A stretch of 64,000 bases of DNA from NCBI GenBank assembly GCA_950097015.1, contig CATNEN010000031.1, positions 1,488,001 through 1,552,000 on the forward strand. The letters run 5' to 3'. Positions 32,509-44,556 of the stretch are shown here, piece after piece (position 1 is the first letter of the stretch; each line of letters opens with the position of its first letter). A program made the position numbers and the translations under genes. A model generated the notes under the pieces. That model searched no databases, was not told the DNA's origin, and saw only the letters and a list, made by a program, of their open reading frames with translations. This stretch comes from Macrostomum hystrix. Taxonomy: Eukaryota > Animalia > Platyhelminthes.

Positions 32509-35198
32509 CGTTTCATACACATGTATAAAATGTACGAGCGTAAGAGTACCAAGTAGCTTTACTTTCTGAAAGATGTATTGTCGCCGTCTGGGTTCCCATA
32601 CTTTTCATATAATTCTGAGGCCCAATAGCATCCATGGTCGAGTTGGGTCTGAGAAAATATGAATCTTTCGTGGGCATGAAAGACAAGAGAGCAATCTCAG
32701 CGATTTATGATCAGCAAGCCGACACTTGCTGTGGCACTTGTCCCGAAGATAAGGTTTCACACCACGGCCCATGCAGCTCCTTGACTTCGCTTAGACAGGA
32801 CAGACTCAATCTGATATGACACAATTTCACGCCCAGCGTCTTGGCGAGTGTTTTATCGACTTCTTTTTCGATGCTATGATCCCGGCGAATGGAAGGCGTA
32901 AGGAATAAATAAGGGAGGATTGGCGCGATGCTGGGTGGAATAGAGCCTTCGGCAAAAAAAGTGCTACGTCTGCAGAGTGGTGTCAAGGATAAACTGATGG
33001 CTTGAGATTAGACCCTGCGGCTTAAGCTTGGGTCTAAAATCTAGGTCCAGAGCAAGCACTGTCTCTACATTCTCTCTGTCTATACAGCTTCCGCCCCCAG
33101 GGGCCAGGGCTTCTGAGCAAAAAATCGTTTTTGCCTCGATCGGACGGGCGCAGGCCTACAGTAGCTTTTTTAAGCTCAGCTCTGCGCATCAGTTGATTAC
33201 TTTGTGAGGCTAATAGCTCATGATCCACACTGACTGGAATAGAAGATTTCACGACTGTGCGCTGCAGCGCTACAATCATTTTGAATCATTTTTATCCTCA
33301 AAATCTTAGACGTAATAATTTTCTCCAATTATTTCATCGATGAAGTGCAAAGTAGTTTGAAATAGGTTCTACAGGTTTAAATTAACATTTTCACTCTTGT
33401 TAAAATTGTTTTCTAAGAACTAACCATTTTGCCATACTGGACCTTTCAAACCTGGCTACCTACAGACGTACAGTCACTGTAGCCGATGCCAGGAACCCAG
33501 AGAGTTCGACAAGCGGATGTTAAAGTTTGAATAAAATTCAAGCATTATTAATTAACAGCATCCAGCTTCAACCATCGCGCCAGCTGTTGCGGGTTTGATT
33601 AATTGGCTGCCTCCCTGCCTGTCACTCAAATGATCGCCAAACGTTCTGATCGCCGGTGCAGTGCAGCTAACATACTAACCTATATATAGCTCATTCTTAT
33701 GGCTCGCGCTCATTAGCTTCGGCCGGACAGCAAAGCGTTTTAAATAAGATTGATGGTTCTGTCAATGCTGACTTCTTATAACTCTTTCTTATTCTGGAAA
33801 TAGCTTCATTGACTTGCTAAACACGAGCTGTGGGTGTTTGCGTGACTTTGCGACTTTTTAAATAGTCAGTATATTCCATATACACAACCTGAATGTCGAA
33901 TAGCAAGACAGCTTACAGAACACTATACAAATATTTGAAAGAAAATAATTTGGCGCCTTTTTATGCACATCCATATCAAGGACTGCTAAAGAAACGTATA
34001 CAAAATACGTAGGCTTATATATATACTTTAGTGCTGTGTCTAAGCAATTTCATTTCGAATATTTCATTTCTAATTTTAATCTGGCTGGCAGATCAGAATA
34101 GCTCACATATAGAAGAAGTAGCAAAGCAGACAAATGTCGGTGGTTTTTACTTTCTTGTAGACGTTTCTAATGCATAAATTTGACATTTTGTCATTTGGTA
34201 TCTTTTAAGAATTGCTATTTGCTAAAACTGTGCATTTTTATTATCTTTCCTACAAAATCGTTCGGGTTGTCATGGAAATATTTGTTATGTCAAGCTTGAA
34301 ATTTAACGTTCACTTTCTTATTCTTTTATTAATAGCTTGCCAGAGAGCCCTTTTGTAGTGAGTTATAATATCGATGTACGCTTACTTAGTACTCACATCC
34401 GAAAACAAACTTAAATGACAGCTTCAGGTTTGTGTAATGATATTTGTCGATGTAAGATTTAATTTACCTTTAATCTCAGATTTTCGCTGATGGAAATGGA
34501 GACGATATAATGTCAAGACTTGTCAAGACTTTCCACATTTATATTTTCGTTATAATAATAATAAGTAAAATACATTCGTATCGTTACAAAATGAAGCTGG
34601 AAAAGCAGTTCATAAAATTTCAGTTAAAATAATTTATTACCTTCAATATATTCCTTTCCAATGCTATTATGTTAATCTAAACGAAAGAAAAACACAAAAT
34701 CAAATCATTTAATTTTAAATTTATAAATGATTAATCTAATTTAAATGATTATTTGAATCATTTATCACGATAAATAATTAATCTATTATATTTTGCAACT
34801 AAAACCATATTTAAGACTGTAAATTCCAAACATGAAGTGTAAGAATGAAATAATTATGAAGCAAATATTTATATTGAGCTAGGTTTTAGGTGCATTACAA
34901 AGCACAAAAAGTAACTGGCCAAAATATTTATGTAGGGCCTAGTGGCATAACTTTTTAAATTTGTATTTGTTTCAAATTTAGATTAAACAATACATTATAA
35001 ATATAGTTATTTCAAATTAAGTTTCTGGTTTCCTTAAAAACGAATAACTATGTAACACACAATAAGCTAGCTAGCTTAACCTAGTTTGTTAATATGGTTT
35101 TCTTTTTACTCATTTTTGGATTTTTAGCGATTTTTTGTTCTAAAATTCCAGTTTGTTTACTTCGGCACCATTTTAAATTTCAGCTCTGAAAACAACGG

Positions 35199-37557
35199 AT
35201 GACTGATCAGGTGGAGTTGCAACACGATGAATATTCGATCAGGGACGACCAGAGAGTAGCAATTCAGGAACTGGAACGGCTGCAGAATGTTAGCCCCGAT
35301 GACTGGAACGGTGTGCCTCTTGCCTTCTATCCTAATAAAATAGTTACATTTTTCCTGCTATTGATTTCGAGGGAACTATTAAAATCGCAGCCTCCAATTT
35401 TCAGAAGACACAGACAATGAGTTCCTAAGCGCATTACAACGTAAGTTAAAAGTCTAAGTTCTCCTATGCAAAAAATTTGCTGACAAGCTTTGCACTGATT
35501 TAGAAAATGATGCTATCAATACAGTTTGTCTTTCTTTTGCCTTCGAGATATTATGAGATTTTTTATGCCTAATTCGCCTCCAGAGCCTGGGCCCGACTAC
35601 AATGAGACATTGGCTCGCCTGGACCAACTAAACGCCGAGCTGGAGCGCGAGCCATCGCCTGATGAGCCAGCCACAAGGCATTCGCGGGTTCGTTTCAGCG
35701 CCAGCCTAGTCGAGGTTGCTCCGTCGCCATCTCCACCGCCGGAAGAATCCGACATTGACTCGCCGACGTCAGATCCCCGGGAGTTACAGCCAACCGATGA
35801 GACGCCGCAGCGACAGGCCGTCGAGTCAGACGGCGGCGGAGACCAACCATCTGGGTCTGGCAAGGTGCTCCTAGTAAGCGATGCTGGCGAGTACAAGTAC
35901 GTAGACAGGCACGAGGTTGAGGCCGATCAGCAGGCGGACAGTGATGATAGTGACATCAACGATAACGAATTGGTGGGACCGGAGAGTGAGAGCAACGGTG
36001 AGACACCGTTAAGACCTGGTTCAGCAGCGGCCGGATCGAGTGGCGGTGGTGGCGGCAGCGGCGGCGGCTCTCCACGTTCTGCGGAGCGATATCGACGTTC
36101 GTCGAACGGTCGGCCGGGCAGCGCGCCCAGCAACAGCTGCCAGGACGAGCGGGAGCGCGACAATGAACTGGCTTTCCAGGCCTGGCTGCGGGCAAAGCGC
36201 GAGCAGCAGCGCAGGGAGCGGCAGGAGAAGTGGCAGAGGCAGCAGCAGGAGGAGGAAGAGGCGCGGGAGCGGGCCAACCAGCAGGAGAATGGCGCCTGCT
36301 TTCAGGCCTGGCTGCGCACCAAGAGTCAGCAGCAGCGAGACGAGCGGGAGAGGCAGGAGGCAGAGCGGCAGCAGCGGGAGGAACAGGAGCGGGAGGAGCA
36401 AGAGCGCGAGCGGGCCAACAAGCCGAGCTTCGACGCCTGGCTGCAGAACAAGCGGAAGCAGCACAAGCAGGAGAAGAAGTACCAGGAGATGGAGCGCGAA
36501 GAGATTCTGCAGCACTCGGAGAGTCACACTTCAAAGCAATGCCGCAAGGCTTTCAAACAGTGAGTGCCTCTTCTCTGGTGGAATCGACCAATCCTTTAAA
36601 ATTAGTGTTCTCATCCAGCCTCAATATGCGTTCTTGGAGTAGTTGGTTGCGTTGAAATTTCGAGTACTCTTACCAGTTCGCTCAGTATAGCTGTAGGCAT
36701 TTCCTATCAAGGTTGCATTCTAATTCAGTGCATGCGATGCTTTCACTTTAATTCGGGTTGGCAGCGCTTTCAACTTAATGGCATTGCTTCGTGCGTGCGA
36801 ATGCATTATTTAGCTGATGTTTTCGGATGGCTGGAGGAATTCGACTTCCTCTGGCCGTTTAAAAAAGGTTTTCGTGGCTTACTATTTAAGGTAGGAAGTG
36901 TCGTAAATTAGATTGCGTGGCGCTTAAATTTATCTATGATTCACCTTCGGTCTGCGGGTCACCTTTGGTCAATGGTTTACCTTATAATAATAATTGCAGG
37001 AGGGCTGCGGGCAATGGCACATATTTAGTAACAATAGACCTGCAGCCAGCGAGGAGGCAACTCTCCCCATTTCACTGGTGTGTACTCGTACATCAGCCCT
37101 GACTTTCTCATCGTCAGGCAGTGTACAATCTCTGCACTGTACGTTTGAGGTTGGCCCTACAATTAACGTCAACTAACGTTACACTTAATGTGAGCTCCCA
37201 AATTACACGTCAAGCCCCCCAAACATTCTCTTCGCGGCTGCGCCCAAATGAACGTGGCCTTTGGGAGGGTGCTCAGGGACATTGGTGCAATTGCGGCAAG
37301 CGCGTTACCCCACATGGTTAACCTTTGGTCTATCTTGCATAGTCTATGATTCAGTAGAAAACATGTACTCATTCTCTCTCCCTACCAGGTGGCTGCGTCG
37401 CAAGGAGGAGGAGCGGCGATACGAGGAGATGGTCGAGCGTCAGCGAGCTCGCATCACCCAGCTGGCGCTGCGACGATCCAGAAAGTCGCAGGCTCTGGCC
37501 AACGCCCTGCTGGTAGCCAGCTCCTACAGATACATGGATTATTATGGCTACCGCTGA
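35199..37557 (+). CDS. CCDC181: Coiled-coil domain-containing protein 181 (microtubule/flagellar), 4 exons (35199-35310, 35405-35440, 35584-36559, 37389-37557)
   Basis: DYNETLARLDQLNAELE..RVRFSASLVEV, KVLLVSDAGEYKYV, repeated AFQAWLRxK coiled-coil motifs and C-terminal FKQWLRRK...YRYMDYY. Intron phases 1, 1, 2 are consistent. Confidence 0.75.
36983..37325 (-). mobile_element. tRNA-derived SINE copy in CCDC181 intron 3
   Basis: The reverse complement shares head, GGGCGCAGCCGCGAA body and CTGGCTGCAGGTCTATTGTTAC..TGTGCCATTGCCCGCAGCCCTCCT tail with the 23.1-kb copy. Confidence 0.6.
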
Positions 37558-38729
37558 GAAAATGATCAGCGTTTTTGTACCTTTCTTTTTTTAACTTTCT
37601 GAGAACTTGCGTGCCCACTGTGCATGATGTATGTGAGTGTGTGTGTTTGAAATAGTTCAGAATTGTTTAGAAGTTGCTAAATTTTTATATTGAATTTCTG
37701 TATAACCAGCCTCAACTCAAGTATGTGACTCACCAATTCTACGAAGATTGTAGGAAATCAGTACGTTGCTAAAAATACTCTTAATTGTAGTGTTTTCCCA
37801 TGTCCAGGTTCTCAAGACAACTCGTATTTTTTCGTTTTGTAGTTCGAATCTCGATTCTCTCCGCTGTCCATTAATGCGTACTTTGGCTCACACAGGGAAG
37901 TTCAGTTCTATGAAAGTAAGTTAGCAATTTTTTGTGAATGCTATAATTAATCTGCACGGACAGACTGTTTATTTTGTTAATCTTCCTTACCGCCAATATA
38001 ACTCATGGAATCAGGGCTTCCAACGACTAGCTGTGACATCCGTTAACTGTACTCGAACTTTTTATCTATACAAAATGCACAATATACTCGTACATAGGAA
38101 GCGAGAGCACATGCATCTTTATATTTACCCAAAAAATGTTTTCGTACGCGAAGCATATGATATTTATTTCCAACCAAAAAATGTACTGATTACATGAAGT
38201 GCCAGAGATTTGATTCCTAGCTCATACATCAAAACAACTAGCGACAATTTCAAATCACAGAAGTTACAAGATATGAGGAGAACTGAACCACATTTGTAAT
38301 AGTGAGACTTTATTATCGCCTACGCGAATAGATAAGCTCAAATGCCTTGTGCGTGAACGAGATTTCCGGTGGAATTTCTTATCAAGCATAATTTTCTGAA
38401 AACCGTTAAGCTGCTATCTAGCTGAAGGTCTACTTGTGCGGCGGGCATTGTGGTATTGCACAAGTCGCTTGTTTACTCTAAAGACCTTCATTCGACACAC
38501 GCTTTTCTGGTATCGTATAGCCAGGTGCAAAATTTAGCCAAGAAGCAAGACATTTTACTATACACAAACCTCGTCTTATCTCTCATGCATGAATCAGCAT
38601 CATTAGTAATGTAATAGCAACACAAGGCCTAAGAAGCAGTCGGCATACTCTCTTAATTTCTTAGCCCCGTGGACATTCAGCACGTGGAATGATATGCATC
38701 CAGAAGATGCCTCCAGTGGGGACTATACT

Positions 38730-40033
38730 TCATAATTGCTGCAGCTGCGGGTCGATGCCCTGGCCCAGCAGGAAAGTCTCCTCAAAGCGGCGCCGCATGT
38801 GCTCACTGGTCTTAACCGGCGGGAAGCCGTCCGGATCGCCCAGCACCGGCCTGACGACGAATTCATCGTCGCAATGTGTAAAGTACACCAAACTGTAGCG
38901 CGGCTGCGCTCTCACAGCTGGATCAGAAGGCGCGAGCACGCGGTGGCGTGCCGAGTGAAGCCGGCCTCCTGTCCAGCGCTGCATCAGGTCGCCGATGTTC
39001 ACCAAGACACGACCGGTGAGTGGAGTCGCATCCAGGTAACGACCTGACCGTGACAACACCTGCACAAGAAGCAGAAAGCAGTATTGAATTAGCAAGCTAT
39101 ATTTCGCTTTGTGAGCTGCTAAATGAAGTTCATGAACAAATCATGCAGTAGCTTCAACTACTACCTTAAGTGCTCTTCTAATTTATTTTCTTCAACTGAT
39201 TTGCTGCCCATTACACGATTCCCGTAAAACAAGTCAAAGACATATAGAAGCGATTCAACGATTGAGCATGCTCACCTGTAGTCCGGGTTGTGAGTCGCAG
39301 AACACCAGAGTGAGGGTGCCGTAGTCGGTGTGCTCTCCGCAGCGGTCGCCGCAGACAGTGCCCTCTGTCACCGGAGGCAGTGGCGGGTAGTGCAGCATCC
39401 GCAGCTGGCTGGTGTTGCCAGGCGTGGCGAATCCAGCGAACGCCTCTAACAGCTGGTCCGGCGGACTGAGGCCGAGACCGAGCCCGACCAGCCGCATGAG
39501 ACGCAGCACCAGACCCTGAGTTGGTATTGAGAAAATTTTGGAATCGCAGGCTTAATCGCAGGCTGCAAAAAGCATTATTTTTTCAAAAAACTAAATATTC
39601 AAGAAGCGAATGCCCTCACCTGCGCTGCGTGAATGAGCTCCAGCGATGTCTTGCGAATCCCGTCAGAAGGCCACACGGAGTCATCGCAGGCGTGACAGAT
39701 GTCCAGCGCCTCCTTCTCATCGGGTGGTGCATCGAGATTGAAGCGCTCAACCGGAGGCTCGTCGGGATCACCTGTAGTGGCCCAGTGCGGTGGGATGTAG
39801 CCGCAGTTGGCCTTGCGCCAATCGCGACGGTGGCGCAGCTTCTCGGTCATCGGCTTGTCAAAGAAGCTGAACGACTCGGCGAAGGCCGCAGCCACCGTCT
39901 CCTGAGCGACGCCGTGGCCAACCACGTAGCAGAATCCGACTGTGGTCAGCGCAGCCACCAGCTGCTCTGCCACAGCCGACTCCGACGCCTGCGACATGTC
40001 GATCTCCGGGATCTCGTCGGCTTCAGCAGGCAT
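38730..40033 (-). CDS. 2-oxoglutarate/Fe(II) dioxygenase (IPNS-like, DIOX_N + 2OG-FeII_Oxy), copy A; exons 40033-39620, 39515-39276, 39059-38730; ~327 aa
   Basis: IPEID..GFCYVVGHGV N-terminal motif, iron ligands HTD...H (GEHTDYGTLTL, LHSARHRV) and RYS 2OG-binding motif. All introns are phase 0. Confidence 0.92.
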
Positions 40034-41797
40034 TTTGCAGCTTCTGTTGCGAGCTGTCTGTCAATTGTGTCTCTCTGGCTCTGATTCTCTGTCGCTTGTT
40101 TTCTTTCTAGGCCATGCATTCTGTTTTTGTACAGTCCTGGGAAAGAAAATCAACTAGAGAGACGGAGACGGAGAGAGCGCTGACTCTATTTTGGTTTTTA
40201 ATGGAGGGTTGGGTGAGAGAGTCAGGCAAGGTGCAGTGACAAATCGGCTGTGTACGCTCGTACAATGCCTCGCCTGCTCAGTTTAGGATGAAAATGAGTG
40301 TCGCTAATAACGTACGCAGTTTGGGCAGCCCCTCCGGCCCTCTGCTTTTTCTGAATTTTAGCAGGCTTTTTCCATTTTTTACTGACTTTGCAGAGCTTCT
40401 TGCCTGGCGAAATTATAGATGCAAACCATTTTTATGGAGATTTGCGACGATATAGCGCTGTTCGATCGCGTTATTTTTGTTGAATCGATAACACAATTAT
40501 TTTGCGCAGAGAAAATGAAAGAAACTATTTTTAGTGGTGCTTCTTCGTAAGAGCAATGACACATGATATTAAACTGGGAAAGTCAGCTTTCTCACCTATT
40601 CGACTAGTGGTGTTTTGGTCTGAGGGGATGATAGTCAACTAACCATACGTGCCAATGGGGTTATGGCACAAGTGAGTCATTTTTGGGCGATTGGGAGTTT
40701 ACGAGAATGATCAGCCGTCTGAGGTGGGGGATGATGACCCTCTGGAACACCATTGCCTATACGAAGCTCAGCATCAGCGGCACTGAAAACAACTTAAGAA
40801 GCATTAGTGGTTGTAGGAAACAACAGGGCCGTCGAGGTTATTGACGTTTCTAATCTTCTAAAATCTGCTTGTCGCTTCTTTGATTTCACAAGAGAGGAAC
40901 ACAAAATGCCAGGAAAAATGATCATCCGAGGGAATTTAGACAATAGCTTGGAGTTACATGCAAAATTGTACAAAAGTGAGCAATTAAGTACGAGTATAAG
41001 ATACCCCCACCAGATTTCGTGTCTATGTCAAAGGCACAGCTGAGGACGCGTTTCATGACCGAGGAGAAGCCGAGGCCAAGAAACAGCTTCCAAGGAGGGC
41101 CTTGGCCATAGACAACAAATATGGGGAATAGTATAGCTATAGTATAACCTGGATATTTAATATCCAGGTTAGGGCAGCCAAAGCGTTCTAAGCCGGCTTT
41201 GCCATAGACGACGACAATAAAATCATTTTTTATGGTCTTGGCCAATCAATGAAATACACGGACTATTTCAAGCTGGGATTAAACACTTGTTGTCACTTCT
41301 TATCAATTTTTCCGTGACACAAAGCCGTATAGATATGCGATATAGATATACAAACATAAATGTTGCGCAGCATAAGCAGTGAAGGCTTGTATACTTTGAA
41401 TTGAACCTCGCGGTAAATACAAAGTTTTGTAGATCAAATGAATCATTTGATGCAGTTTATGAATAAGGTGAGTATAAGAATTGATAACACAAAAGGCCAG
41501 AATAGTTTTTCCTAAACCATGGGTTGATAGCTGAGATATATCTCAATCATAATGGATCTAAAATCATTGATTCCTTTTTGCGAGGACGAAATTCAACAAG
41601 TTCCTGCAGCTCTAAATTGTCTTGTAGTTGGACACATGGAAGCAAGAGGCGAATTATGAGTTATTAAACATGACTCATGATATCGTGTTAAAATTATACC
41701 GTCTTTTAAAAGTAAATAACACAATCAGGATAAATTGCATCTTTTCGGTTTTTTCTTTTCTTTCGATTCTTTTCGATTCTGCAACTGAACTGGCCAA

Positions 41798-43159
41798 TCA
41801 GAGCGGCGGCATCTGTGGGTCGATACCCTGACCAAGAGTAAAAGTCTGCTCGAAGCGGCGCCGCATGTGCTCACCGGTCTTGACCGGCGGGAAGCTGTCC
41901 GCGTCGCCTAGCAGCGGCCGGATGACGAAATCGTTGTCAGTCTGTGAGAAGTACACCAGGCTGTAGCGTGGCTGGGACCGCAGGGTCGGGTCCGACGGAG
42001 CCGGAACGCGGTGGCGTGCTGAATGCAACCGGCCTCCCGTCCAGCGCTGCATCAGGTCGCCGATGTTCACCAGAACGCGTTCAGTGCGTGGATTCGCGTC
42101 CAGGTAACGACCAGAACGTGAAAGCACCTTTTCAAAGAAAAATATTTTTCTAAGCTTTTCCAGCCATATTAAGTACAATCCGGTTTTTCTTAATGTCCTG
42201 AACGCACTGGGGAACGTAGATAGGGAAGATTTTCGATACATTATTATGATTCGATCTCCAAGAGGAAACATAAATCAATTCCCAGAAACGGAATATGAAA
42301 GGTAGATCAATGTAACACCAGACTGACAGGAGTTTTGATGCTGCTCACCTGCAACCCAGGATGCGAGTCGCAGAACACCAGAGTGAGGGTGCCGTAGTCG
42401 GTGTGCTCTCCGCAGCGGTCGCCGCAGACAGTGCCCTCTGTCACCGGAGGCAGTGGCGGGTAGTGCAGCATCCGCAGCTGGCTCGTGTTGCCAGGCGTGG
42501 CGAATCCAGCGAACGCCTCTAACAGCTGGTCCGGCGGACTGAGGCCGAGACCGAGCCCGACCAGCCGCATGAGGCGCAGCACCAGACCCTGATTTGGGAA
42601 GCGTGTTTTTTTGTCTGAGGACATCGATTTAATCTCTGGACGAACCATTTTATGCTTGTCAAAAAGTCAAACAAAATTCTACATTTATCATGTTCATTAT
42701 ATATTTTTGTAAAGTAAACTTCTGCTTTGAATTACAATTTCTCACTTGTGCTTCGTAAATGAGCTCCAGCGATGCCTTGCGAATCCCATGAGAAGGCCAC
42801 ACAGAGTCATCGCAGGCGTGACAGATGTTTAGTGCCTCCTTTTCGTCAGGCGGAGTGTCGAGACTGAAGCGCTCAACCGGAGGCTCGTCGGAATCACCTG
42901 TAGTGGCCCAGTGCGGTGGGATGTAGCCGCAGGTGGCCTTGCGCCAATCGCGACGGTGGCGCAGCTTCTCGGTCATCGGCTTGTCAAAGAAGCTGAACGA
43001 CTCGGCGAAAGCGGCAATCACCGTCTCCTGAGCGACGCCGTGGCCAACCACGTAGCAGAATCCGACTGTGGTCAGCGCAGCCACTAGCTGCTCTGCCACA
43101 GCCGACTCCGACGCCTGCGACATGTCGATCTCCGGGATCTCGTCGGCTTCAGCAGGCAT
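41798..43159 (-). CDS. 2OG/Fe(II) dioxygenase, copy B; exons 43159-42746, 42588-42349, 42127-41798
   Basis: Same motifs and identical exon sizes (414/240/330 nt) as copy A. Confidence 0.92.
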
Positions 43160-44556
43160 TTTGCAGCTTTTGTTGCGAGCGGGGGCGCGTTTATTTGAGG
43201 CTCTTGGGCTGTCTTCCTCTGGCTGTCTAGACCATGAACTTAGCTTTAAAGCGGCCATGGCATAGACGCATGTGCAATGCGGAGTGGATAGGCTGATTAA
43301 CAGAGTGAGAGAGGCGCAACTGTGAGGCTTGTTTTCACGGAGGGCGTATAGGTTAGAGAGCCCACAGCCAGTAGCAGGCGGTAGAGCAGTTCGCAGCAGT
43401 CTACGAACATAGAATGTACACAAACGGTTTTCCGACCTGACATTTTTTTAATAAGACATTTGTTTTGACTGCCAAAGTATTTAATGGTGTTTACGAGTGT
43501 CTTGACGAGTGTCCTGTTTAGAAGTATCTTAAACGGGGCAGAGTAGAAATCGCGTCACGCATTATTGGATGGACGCACTTCTTCAGGAATAAAAGCAATT
43601 CGTACATGAAATTATACGGTTAGAAACAGTTCGTCAATCTTGAAAAAATAATTTTTCTACTCCATATAGCTTTTGCCTTTTGTTTTATTTTAGGAAAATC
43701 TGTCTGACGCCAATATGCCACAGACCATTGTCAAATAATCTAAATACTATGTGTTTTATTACACAGCCTTCAGAGTACGCAGCAGTACGCAGCCTTCAGA
43801 TGCGCCGAACAATAGCTGCGGCTGCGATGTCGGCTGCACATCTGATCTAATTGGGGTATTTTTTTATAAACAATTATTGATTTATCAACGCTCAAGCGGT
43901 TGTTAAACGTTTTTATTATCATTCAACTCAAATTTAATGCAACGACAATATGCAGATTTTGTCACTCTTGATGCTGATTCCTAGTGACCGCAGTCGGCAA
44001 TTTTAAGTTGGATTTTACCTTCGTGAGATTCAGAAAGTCCTGACCAGCCCAATTGCGAATGTCATCGTTGAAAACAAATTGACGAAAGATGGAAGTGTTC
44101 ATGAAAGTTAAAAGTCAAAAAAAGCTAAGAAAATAAAAAAAACTAAACATTTCGGTTGTCACGCTGAAATTGATTGCACAACGAACTCTAGAACTCATGT
44201 ACAACCACGTGTGTTGCCCTCCGAATTGGGTCCTGATGTTGTTTATTAAAATCGAGAGTTCATTTTGCTGCGATGCGAATTAGTATGGCGAACAGTACGC
44301 CCTTAATGGTTATGGAATCTAAGTATTGCAACTATTGTACAAATATAATCCATTGATCTATTTGCAGAGTGATTTAACAGATAACGACAATTGATTTCTA
44401 CTTTCGTCCTTCTTGGTATCAGGATGCCAAGGCGAACAATGAAATCACACTGATTTCGAGTTTAATTAAAAGCCTGTTTTATTGAAAACATAATTAGAGC
44501 GAGTCAACAGTCTCATTGGGTCAAAGTCCCATCGAGTCTACTTCTTAAGTGGCTAA

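Noticed and set aside
35597-36655. Multiple antisense and off-frame ORFs over CCDC181, and likewise over CWC22, PSMG2, TTLL2 and the dioxygenases
   Set aside because: They are GC-rich shadow ORFs of the real coding exons with no recognisable motifs.
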